DNA of 64,000 bases from Klebsormidium nitens (lineage: Eukaryota > Plantae > Klebsormidiophyceae), in contig DF237057.1 of the NCBI GenBank assembly GCA_000708835.1, positions 129,647-193,646 on the forward strand, read 5' to 3'. The translations under genes were made by a program, and so were the position numbers. Below are positions 11,770 through 23,700 of this stretch, one piece after another (the stretch's first letter is position 1; the number at the start of each line of letters is the position of its first letter). Under the pieces are notes generated by a model. It was not told where the DNA came from and did no database searches. It was given only the letters and a program-made list of their open reading frames with translations.

Positions 11770-14700
11770 ATGGGCTTCTTCTGGGGGGCTGCGGTGGCCC
11801 CAGAACCTGCCCCTACTGACAACCGTGGGGGCGTAGCCAGCACATCCAGCTCAAATGCTCGTCCCACTGCGTTACACGTCGGCCGGCGGGACACGCTCAG
11901 TTCCGAGGAGCTCGACGATGAAGACGAGGCAGAGATGAATGGAGCGGGGGGCGCAGATGGCCTTTCTCATGGCCCGCACTCTCCAGGGGGCGGAGAGGGG
12001 GGGGCACGCTCTTCCAGGGGGCCGAAAGACAGCGCCGGAGGGGGTGGACCGCGCTCTCCGGGGGGGCGGAGGGGGGGGGGGAGCATTCTTCGATCGCCAA
12101 GAGGTTCGGAAGGCAGCAGCAAACGGAGTAACGCGCGCCTCACCAGAAAGTCCACCGGGTGGAGCGACGTGTTTGGGTCGAAACATGCGGCGCTCGATGC
12201 GGAGCTCGATGAGGAGCTCGACCTTGAGTCGACGGCTGACTTGCCCGGGATGGCGAGTGAAAAGCCAAACTTTCAGAGGTTGAAAAGCAAAATGGTGGTT
12301 AGCAACCCGGACGAGGTGACGGGGGTCAAGGTCCGGTCGGTCAACGCGCGGTTTGAGCCGTTTCTGCACAGAGACAGTGAGGTGAGGCGCTGAGCTCACT
12401 TTGCGGTTTGTGCAGGGTGGATTGCTCCTCTCAAAAAATATTCGAAGTGGTCTAGCAGCTAGCTTGTCAAGTGCTCGATACAATACGCACACGTACAATC
12501 AAGTGCATTGTTGCTGCGGCCTAATTGAGGTCACGGAAAATTCTAATGAAAGGCTAGATGAGATCGCACGGCATTTTGTCAACGGAGTGGAGTCTACACC
12601 GCCAGAGAGGTTTTTGGTACGGAACAGAACGCGTTATGTGGCTTTCTCAACATCCCGACCTGGAATGGACATACATCCGGACTGTAGAGTAGGAGCCTCC
12701 TGGACTCCTCTTCAGGAAAATCCAGGTGGAAGTTATGCATCTGCTCATTCTATTCGAGTCTGCTGAACTTTGTTGGAAGCAAAGAGCGTGGTACATGATT
12801 TGCATTCTAGAAGATGCTAAGTCTCTTATGGATGGAAGGGCAAACAAGCAGATGACCTCAACACACCGGCGGACACTCACACGGAGAGGTAGCGGACTCG
12901 TAGACTGATCGTTTAGGAGCCAGCATTGAGCCTACTTTGAGGCCTTTCGAGCAGAGCTATGCACGTCCCTTCAGAATCCGGTTAGCGATCCTGAACGAGG
13001 CATTATGAAGATGGTGGTGCAAACTGCTTCTTGATTCTCTGTTGCGCAAGATGAAAATCGAGCAGCATGATAAGCCGTGTTGGATGGCTTCGCTTCTGTT
13101 AACGGCGCCTGTTGGAAAGGGGTCAAAGCTAGGCATTGTGCCACGCCGCTCATGAGCTCGGACTTCGGCAAGGCTCGGGCCAAAGCTTTGAAACTGCGGG
13201 ACAGTGCGCCTAGACAGCCTGAACTGGTTGCCGTCTCCTGTCACTCAGCATTGTGTGGGAAACTCCTCTGTCGCGCTTCGCATCCAGCCTTTGCAAAGCA
13301 GAGGAGCGGTGTTTTTGCAGCACGCATTCTAGTTTCTGCCCCCGTGTTTGGCTTGCAGAAGAGCTGATACCTTTTTGGGAAGGGAACCGCGCGTGACTGT
13401 CGCGGCTTTCTAAACACATTCGTTGTGGATTCAACTCAACTGACTGATTCAATCTGTAGTTCATTCACGCACCCGACTTTTTGGTATTGTCGCGTCCGTC
13501 ACGGGGGGTAAAGTTACTCCTCGATTTGATGACCTAACCCCCTCCGCCCAATCTTTCCAGGGCGACCGGCAAGAGAGTCCAACGCTACCGCCGTCGCTCG
13601 CTCCAACAGGCCGGTACATGAGCATGGTTCTACCCCGTTCATCCGAGTCCCGCCCTTTGGGAAACCCCGGGGGATCATCCAATTTTCGGTCGGGAAAGTC
13701 TGTGACTGGACCGGGGGCTTTTGGCGGGCTGGGGGCCCTAACCGGAAAGCAGCCCAGTATGGCCGGGCCGGTGAGCAAACTGCACCCTCAAAGTGGAAAT
13801 GCAGCTGCAGAGTTGCTCTTGGATCAGAACATTTGATTCGCAACAGCATATGTACCCGTTTCCAGGTCCATGGCTCCCCCGCTGAGGCCCGATTAGGGCG
13901 TAATCGTACAATTTTCGTAGTCTGAGTGCTGCACGCACGATCGCCTCGGTGATATAGTCGCCGGTCCTCCGCAAACCTGTAGGAACTCGATGAAGCGGGT
14001 ATGTACACGGGTTCTGGATGCGCACAGACGCTGACGGGCCCCTCCTTTACCACACGATGAGCTCAGCTTACGGGACGATAAGGGCTTAGAGCGGGCCTGT
14101 CTGCACGCGCGCGTTACATGTAGGATGCTACTGGTTCTCTCGGAACAGACGTACCCAGGTCTTTCGAGATTTACAGAACTCATCCAAACCCCTTTTTAAC
14201 CCGTTTTCAGGAGGCGTTTGAAAGGGCATGGTGCTGGGCGCGGGGGCCCACTTAGCGGCGCTGCAGCTCAAGTCACTGATCTGTTTGAAGTCGTAAACCT
14301 CACGTTAAAATTCATCTGAACCCCTGCTTAACCCGCTTTTCAGGAGGCCTTCGTGGAAGTGGCGGTGTTGCCCCGCAGTGACCCAACTGACGGCGCTGCG
14401 GCGCACGTCGCTTGCGAGCGTTACAGGCTTTTGATAACCCACTAAAAACCTATCTTGACCCCTTCTTTACTCGTTTCTTGAGGCGTTCGAGAAACGCATG
14501 GTGCTACACGCGCGGTGGCCCAGTTGGCGGAGCTGCAGCGCACGTCAAGCGTAAGCGGCTTGTTGACCCACGCTTTAATCCCCTGCTCCAGCGCTTCTTA
14601 AGCGCAGAGGCGTTCCTTAACCCGACAGGACTCTTCACCTTCGCAGGAAACCCTGCTAAACTTTCTCCGTAACCGTTTTCAGGAGCCGTTCGAGAAGGGC

Positions 14701-17700
14701 ATGGTGTTGCGCGCTGTAGCTCAGTTAGCGGCGCTGCGGCGCAAGTCGCTAACGATGGGGCCGCAGCGAATGACTCTTCCGTCCAGCAGAATGCGGCGGA
14801 ACACGGCGGACAGCGAAGAGGAACCGGGCGAGGACGAGGAGCTGGGCGCGTTTCACTACTCCAGAACCAGGGTTATTAACCCAAAGTAAGTTAACCCGTA
14901 CGTTCTTAAGCAAAACTGTTCATTTTCGGTTTTGTTCAGTCAGGTGGCATTGGCAAGGCCGAAGGAAGGTAACCCTGAAGCTTAACCAATTACATTACTC
15001 AGAGCTAGTGAAGGTTCGTGCCCAACTATGAGGGACCACTAAACGCGGAGCTCCTGAAAAATATGGAATTCGAACCCCGATAACGTACTTGTATTCTCTC
15101 CGGGTCCTAGATATTCGACATGATGATATGGACCGAATCCGGAGCCGACAGCGGGACAGGACAATACGCGATTAATCAACCGAGCGGTTGACGTCCCGGG
15201 ATGATAATGCAAACATCCGAACCTTTTTCCGGTGGATACAACTTTCTGCTGTGACCAACTTAAGCTTTCGTTATTAGTACGAAGTCTCAAAAGAACCACA
15301 CATCACTTTGAAGTTAATCTCATTTCTTTGACTTTGTTTTTTTGTAGGTCCGCTTTCATAACTCGATGGGACATCTTCCTTACGATTCTCATCATCATCT
15401 GCGCATTTACCATTCCCTTCGAGGTAAGCCACGTGTCAGCATCGAAACGGCTTTCTGTAAACAATATAGCAACCGTGCAATGACCGGCCTCTTCAGTCTG
15501 AGAAGGCGAAGCGTCCCTGGTGCTTTACAGGGTCAGCATGAATTGTCGTTGCTAGAGCAAGGTGTATGCATTAGATGATTGGGGACACTAATTCCATGGG
15601 CTTTCGACAGTGCCGAGTCATCCATAAAAAGGTCTTGGTCTTCCAATTGGGCACGGCAAGCTAGCCTCATAGCATCAAGGAAGTAGCTTTTGATCTCAGC
15701 CCTTAGATGTGGCCATCGTTTAGAGTATGGCAGGTCTTAAGTCTTTGAACAGTACGAAACAAATCGTATGCAGCGGCTTCCAGATTGAATTGAATGCGCA
15801 GCTGGCGACAATCGTTTCGGGTTCGTTCGCGAAGCGAAGCTTGCTCTATGTAAAAGTTATTCGTTTCTGCTGCAGGCCGCTTTTCTGCACTTATCGCTCA
15901 ACTCAATCTTCTTCGCGAACCGCGTGGTAAGGGTCGCAAGTCCGTTTGCTTTCCTTGCTTCCATTCCAGGAGTCCTTTTAAGCTTCTCTTACTCGGTGTC
16001 AGGGTTCAAGAAGAACCCTTGTCCGCGGCCACAGAAAGGAGCCTATGTTTCCGAGACCGGAGGTTGGAGAAGTAACCGTTCCAGAACGTGATTGTTGAGC
16101 AATCAATGGACTCTCTTCGCTCGAAACATTAGAGCAAACCCCCGGTTTGCTTTGACACTGCTTAGATTACGTAACCCGCCACGTGGAGCGTCTAGTTTGT
16201 CCATCTGAAAGCGAACGGCCTCAATTCATGCAATTTCATAGATTACCCTTCCTTCAGCGCTCAAGACTTGGCCTAAGCCTGGATTGATTAGTGACACAAG
16301 AAGCGGCCGTTGAGAGAAACTGCTGTGCGCTTGATTTCCTTGTAATACGGACGGATTTTGTGATTCAGGATCGTAGCACTTACTCCCTCTGGAAAGCGCA
16401 TTCGCACTGATGCTGTCCTTGCACCAGACAGATGCCGCTACATTCTCAGTGCCAGTCCAGACCCTACTTTGATGCATACGTCAACTTGCCGATAAGTATC
16501 GGGTCAAAGTTAGCATCCCATAACATACTAACCGGATGCTAACCGGCGCGTTGGCTGACGTCAGGTGGACGCCATCTTCCTGGTGGACATGCTGATCAAC
16601 TTCAACCTCATGTTCTTCGACAACGAAAAGAGCGTCTGGATCTCCAAGCGCAAGACAATTGCCGCGCGGTGAGCGCGCCGACTCGGACTTTTTTCTACAG
16701 TATTCTTGCAGGCTTTTTGATCCCATTCGGTGTAGTGAAGTGTAAGTTAGTGAACAGTGTCGGAGACGGGTGAGGTTAGTTTGGGGGTGAGGATGGGTAT
16801 GGGCGCGGAGCGCGTGAATTTTTGGTTATGGTTTTGATCGAACCAAAAAAGCATGCCGTTCACAGAGGCTCGCTGTTCACTAGATCGAACATTACGGGGT
16901 TTTGTCAAACCTGTTCAAACACCAGATTTCGAATGATAGGCCTAGGACAGAAACCAGAGTGGATTGGGTGCACGTGTCCGGCCAGGGCAGACCACCGGGC
17001 ATGGCATCCGCTGCAGCTGGAGCAGCTACAGCCCGGTTCGTACCGGAAAAGTAAACCCAAAGGTTTTGCGAATGGGCATATATACCGCGCCAAGTTATGG
17101 CTTCCAGCTGAGACTAAGGAGTTCGATTGATAGCATATCCAAAAATGGAGTAGCTGAGGAAAATCGCATGGGTTTTTGATGACAGGGAACTGAGGCCAAC
17201 TCGAAAGTTTCTTGACGGGGCTTGTCGGTATGAAGCGATTGGGGCGACAGTGAAGCCCGAGTCCTTGCACTTTCCGTCCCCAATATATGGCCACGTAGTC
17301 TTGGGCTGCGTCTAGTACACTAGTTTCGGCGCCCAAAATCCCCCTGCTCTCAGCCATGTTTCGCCCTAATGTGGCTACTGACGCGATTCGTTCGCCCATT
17401 CAAGAGTCATGGAATCTACTATATGTCTTGGTGATACATAAACCTTCCGAGATTGGGCTGCGTTGGCTTTGTTGGCACGCCTGGTTAGCGCCTAGGGGCA
17501 GATCGCATTTTGAGTCCAAGCTTTAATTATTGTAGTGCGAGTCTAGTTCGCGATTCTTGAACTTCGAGTTTTTCAGGTTTGAAACTTCTGCTTGAGCTTC
17601 TAAGCAACACCCGACATATCGCAAGTGGGTCTAAAAGACTGATAGCCATGTGACGCCACGACAGGTACTTGCGGACGTCATTCACGACGGACTTCCTGGC

Positions 17701-20700
17701 GGTGTTCCCGTTTGACGTCATCTACTACTGCTGGGAGAAGTACTCGATGCACCACTCCAAGCGGAGCGTCATCGGGATCATCCTGCGGCTCGGGAGATTG
17801 CTCAAGGTGGGCCTGACGTCAGATGGTGACGTCTAACGCAGAGAGTGACGTCACTGATGACCGGGGTACTTCACTTTAGGGATAGCGTGGCAATGAACGC
17901 GTCCGGAATTGCCCTGTGGCTGACGGCGCTGCGCAAGGTGCGCGTGACGTCAGAGAATGACGTCAGCTCTGCATTAAGCTGGTATTTCACTGGAGTACAT
18001 TTGGAATCAGCATCGGAGCTCCTGTAATGGGTGGTGCTTCGAAGATATCTCGAGGATTAATGCTTAGGACTGATCCGAGGCCCCAAAGCTGAATGCTTTG
18101 ATAAGAGCAAAGGAATGAACCTCGACTAGTGCAAGCTGCGAAAGATTGAGAACGGCCGCTGACGGGAGATAGCTGCTCGAACAAGGTGCATGATACGTAG
18201 CACACAGACCAACTCGTGCTAACCGCACCTACGGCTTCTCACCTTCTTAAACCGGAGCGCTGTCCCTGTTCTAGTTGTACTGGCAACTCCCTTGTCTCCG
18301 AAGGGGCTTGTCTCTTAAGATTCACAGCCCCCGGCACCTCAACTAAAACCCCTAACCCAAAATCTTACGCGCTCCGCACCCCTACCCACCCTAACCACCA
18401 AACCAACCCTACCCGTCCCCCGGTTGTGAACCTTGTGAGACAAGCCCGTTAGGAGACAAGGGCGATGCCACACCGTTCTAGTTCCCTTCGTATTGAGGCG
18501 AGCATTGATGAGCTTAATAAGCCGCCCTTCCACCTCACGATCTGACGCCCTTCTTTGCTGACGTGGCGCAGCTCCTAAGGCTGGCTCGCACGGGCCGCAT
18601 CATCCAACGGCTACAAACGAACCTGAACGTCGACTTCGGCGTGATGAAGATGTTCAAGTTTATGGCGTCCAGCGTCTTCATCTCGCACTGGGTAAGGACT
18701 GAGCGTTTCCTTGCGTTGAGTCTAAGACGAACTTTTCTACAACCTTCCCCCGTTCAAGTAAGCCGTTCTAGGTTGATATGACATGGCATCGGTCGTACGT
18801 TCGTCTCCTGACTGCGAGGCGCCTGACGGCGAACGCAGAGGCAGTCGGAACCCACTGTTTTTCCATGCACATTCTTTTGCTCATGTCCTCCTTATTGCGT
18901 GCTGTCGTCGTCCTTTCCTCCCCTCCTCCGGTTGGTGTGCGTCTGTCGGCTGATCCTGGAGTAGGACACATCTACGTTTCATGATCGGACTGTGATTTTT
19001 TTTCTCGCTTCCACTATAAGTTGAACTCCATAACAAATTTCTTCCGTTCAAGCAAGCCTTCAAGCAGGATCTGACATGGAATCGGTTGTACGTTCGTCTT
19101 CTGATATTGCAAGGATTTTGATGGCGGAGGCAGAGGCACTAGGGACCCACTGATTTTCGTGCACAAATTCTGTGCTCATATCATCCTTGTTGCGTGCTGT
19201 CGTCGTCCTTTCCTGCCCTTTTCCAGTTTGTGTGCGTCTGGCGGCTGATTCTCCCTCGGTAATATCAGCATTTTTACGTGCTGGCATCTATCTCATCCCA
19301 TTGCTCACGTCATCCTTTCCTCGCCTCTCCTGGTTGGCGTGCGTGTGGCGGCTGACCGCGGACCTGGAGTCGAACCCAAAACTTCCTCTATTCACCAGGA
19401 ATCTATGCTGACGTCATCCTTCTTTTCCCCTCCTCTAGTTGGCGTGCGTGTGGCGGCTGATCGCGGACCTGGAGTCGGACGGCGCCAACTGGCTGGCGCG
19501 GTTGGGCATGGAGAATCAGAGCACCATCTCAATCTATTCCACCTCACTCTACTTCGCGGTTGTGTCGCTCACCTCGACCGGCTACGGGGTAAGCCTGATT
19601 CTTAACCTCCGGTTGTAACTCAGAATAGAGGTCGGAAAGAATCGAACGGATTTGGAGGGTCACAAAAAGAGGGAACTTTTAGTACCGTCTCGATCTACTC
19701 TAAGTCACTTTACTTCGCGGTCGTTTTGCTTACCTCGACCGGGTACGGGGTAAGCTGTTTTCAACTTCCATGTCAAGAAAGAGACCGGAAAGAAGATGAA
19801 TAGAATGAGATTGGAGAGTTGCGAGGAAAGAGAAAGAAAAACTTTCGAGCACCCTCTCAATCTACTCCACCTCGCTCTAGTTCGCGGACGTTTCGCTCAC
19901 CTCGACGGGCTACGGGGTGAGCCTGGATCTTGACTTCCGTGTTGAAAAAATATAAGGAAGGAGCCGAAGAATTGGATAGGATTGGAAAGTTAAAAAACAA
20001 AACAACAAAAAAGAGATTCGAGCACCCTCACAATCACTCCACAAATCGGTCTACTTCGCGGTCGTAACGCTCACCTCGACCGGCTACGGGTAAGATAGTT
20101 TCCATCTTTCATCTTTCATCTCATCTTGCATCGTTCATCTACGATCGTTGATCTGGAATTCTGACGTCTCTTTCTCTTCATGGTTCTCTTTCTCTCCCGC
20201 AAACTCGTTCGACCCCTGCCAACCGCAAAACTTCTAAAAAACCACTACTGACGCCCCAGGACGTCAGCGGTGACGGCTTGGGAGCAGTGCTACGTCATCT
20301 TCGTCCTTTTGCTCTGAAGCTACTCTTCTGGTGAAGATCGTGGGGCGGATCGAACTACTTCGGGGGTACATCGTGGGAAATACGAACCTAGATTTAAAAC
20401 CCTCAAAATCTTTGGAATTCAAAACTCCTGAAACCCTTCGCCTGACGTCACCAGAACGTCACAGCGGTGACGGTGTGGGAGCAGTACTACGTCATCTTCG
20501 TGCTGCTGCTGGGGAGCTACTTCGGTTGCTTCTTAAGATATACGAACTCAGATTTCAAACCCACAAGTGTTTCGGAACCATAAGTCCTAATAAACCTCTG
20601 CTGTCGTCACCAGGACGTCACAGCGGTGACGGTGTGGGAGCAGTACTACGTCATCTTCGTGCTGCTGCTGGGGAGCTACTACTTCGGGTACATCGTGGGA

Positions 20701-23700
20701 GAGATTACGGCGCTCGTGTCGAGCCGCAGCGCGGACGAGAACGAGTTCCACATGCGCATGGACCAGCTCAACAATTTCATGGAGGACCACCACCTCCCGC
20801 CCGACCTGCGCACCAAACTCCGGGTGAGTCGATTGTTTGTTTGTTTTTCCCCCTGTTACCCTTCTGGATTTTGAACATATTTGAGTTTTCCCCTTCTGGA
20901 TTTTGGACATCTTTGAGTTTTCAAAGCTTGCTTAATCGAAACTGCTGCTCAACAACTCCATGGAGGACCACCACCTGCCGCCCGACCTGCGCACCAAGCT
21001 GCGGGTGAGTTGCTTGCTTGTTTCTGTCTCTTTTCCCCTCCTGGATTTTGAATATGTTAGGATTTTAAAGAGTAGTTGGTTTGAAACTGCTGCTCAACAA
21101 CTTCATGGAGGATCACCACCTCCCGCCCGACCTGCGCACCAAACTCCGGGTGAATTTGTGTTTCTTTTCTGTCTCTTTTCCTGGCTCTTGAACATGCTAG
21201 GGTTTTAAAGAGTTGTTGGTTTGAAACTGCTGCTCAACACTTTCATGGAGGACCACCACCTCGCGACCGACTTACGCAGCAAGCTGCGGGCGAGGTTTTT
21301 AGACTAAAGCTTTAGGGCTTTTAGGTTTTAATGTTCTGCTGATCGTATGAGTGTATGATGCTGTAAATTTGCGGATCTACGAAACGCATCGTCGCCTAGC
21401 TCAACAGTCCTAACGAAATCCCCACCTCCCGCCCGACCTGCGCACCAAGCTACGGGTGAGGAATTTGATTGCTTTAGGGTTTTCTACGATTTAGGTATGG
21501 GACAGACCCCTTATAGACCGTAAATAAGTTGCGTGATGAATCAGATTCACAATCGCCAACTCCCCGTCCTGCGGGTGAGGGGTCCTAGGATAGTCACACT
21601 AGGACGCTACGGTTTCTCATTCTGGCCCTTTCAAGACAAGCAGGGTACTTGAGCTCAACCCACCCATGAAGGACTGCCAATTGACAAGCACCTACACAGA
21701 AAGCTACGGGAGAACGCTTGTGAGAACTACATTTTCTTGTGTACTTTGAGGTATTTGGGTTTTGTGAGCGCAGATTTTCAGGATGGAGCCTCACGTACTA
21801 GATTAGCCCCCGCCTTCTACAGAGGACCACCGTCTTCGGGCCGACCTGCGTAGGAAGCTGCGCAGGGTTCTATGCTCTGGAGTGCCATAACCTTGGGCTT
21901 CGAAGTTTCCGGCCTGGTAACCAGTCGTTAACATTCAGTGCACCACCGGTTGCAAGGTGCAAACAACTCGGCTTGAGTTGAGCTCAACATACTTTTGAAA
22001 AAGGTCCCCTGCGGGAATCGTATCGGGACAGAACGGCGAAGGATTTCAAAGTGGGCGGACGTGTATTCAACGGTGCCTGCGGCGCTGGGCAGTAGATTTG
22101 AACCTGAATCTCTGAATCACCGAAACTTAAACGGTAAAAAAGAGCCTCAAACCGAAAACCTGATTACCCCCGCAGAAACTAATTCCGGTATCGGCACAAA
22201 ACTAAGTGCTGAATGCGTAATCCTCGCCCTTGAATTAGCTTCAATGAGAGGCCAAACCCCTGAGGGTTGAGCGTCCTTGACCCAAGTTTAATCACTGTCC
22301 CAGGACTACCTCCGATACCGGCACAACAACAGCAAGCGCCGAGCCCCGGGTTATTGCCGTTCTTTATTGAAAAGCGAAGAACGCGTTAGCCAAAGACCCT
22401 TGAAACTAGGTTAAGGCTGAACCCCAATCTTAACCCTCCCCCCCAGGACTACTTCCGGTACCGACACAACAACAAGGGCGTGGGAAACTTCCACTCGCTG
22501 CTGAGCATGATGAGCAAGAACCTGCGCGCCGAGGTGGCTGGACACACCAACGGCGTCTGGATCAACAAGCTGCCCTTCTTCCGGAGCTGCCCCACCGAGT
22601 TCGTCATCGAGGTTAGCGCGTAACCTTGACTCTTTTAACCTCAATTGCGTGGTCAAGTAGACGCTTAAGGCTGGACGAAGCAGTATCGTGAGTGGCCGGA
22701 CAAATCAGATGCGTCGGGGTTAACAAACTGACCTCTTCCGGAGCTGCCCCACCGAGTTCGTCATCGAGGTTAGCGCGTAACCCAGGAACTTATCCTTTTG
22801 TGCACGTGCTAAGTGTCCAGTTACGTCGGAATTTCGGAGCTTTTTTGAGTGGCCAAACACACCAACGGCGTCTGAATCAACAAGCTGCCCTTCTTCCGTA
22901 GCTGCCCCACCGAGTTCGTCATTGAGGTCAGCGCGTAACCCTCGAATCTTGCATTTTGATTTGCGTGGTTAGATAGAAGGTCAGGGCCGGTCAGCTGTCA
23001 AACATCTCGAGTGGCAGGACACACCAACCCACCGAGTACATCCATCGAAATCGGCGCCTAAATCTCGAAGCCTCACTTTAGTTTCCGTGGTTAAGTAGTT
23101 GATTAGGGCTGCTCGAAATGTGGAATTGTACTTTAGTGGCCGGACACACCAACGACGTTGGGGCCCCAAGCTGCCCTTCTTCCGGAGCTACCCCGTTCGT
23201 CATCGAGGTTAGCGAATGACCCAGAACTTGCTCTTTCCTTCTACGCGAATGAAGCAATCTCTGATCGATGTGACGAAAAAACTTCGAGGCATCAACGGCG
23301 TCTGGATTGAGCCCTCTCGTTCAAATTCCGAAAGATAACGGAAGGATTTGGCCCCACTTCACATCGCAGCCAGCCTCATCAGCGAGCTCCTCAGCCTGGA
23401 GTTATGACTACGTTCTCTTTCAGAGACTCAATTTCAAAGGGGTGGGAAACCAGCAGAATTTTCTCCTTACAAGTTGGGGATACCTTATAGATTTGACTAG
23501 TCAAAGACCCGACCCCTCAAATCAACAATCAAAGAGCCACCACCTTCGACTTGAAAAGCAAGTTTGTTTCTTTCTTCCCACAGTAATTCAGACCAAACGA
23601 ACCACGTACCTCCTCCCAAATTAATGGACAGGAATCCCAACTCCTCCGCAATCCTTGCAGGTGTCCCTGAACATGGAAAGCGAGACGTTCGCCCCCCAGG

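Noticed and set aside
16905-17399. 164-aa antisense ORF nested in channel intron 6
   Set aside because: No recognisable domain or splice signals; probably chance or decayed TE sequence.
21300-21490. Interstitial telomere arrays (TTTAGGG-like strings here and at 27400-27480 and 46568)
   Set aside because: Only scattered, imperfect units; there is no true tandem telomeric tract.
19439-23215. Dscam-style mutually exclusive exon cassettes in the channel gene
   Set aside because: The copies cover only one edge of each exon and lack the partner splice site. Several carry stops or frameshifts, so they are not complete alternative exons.
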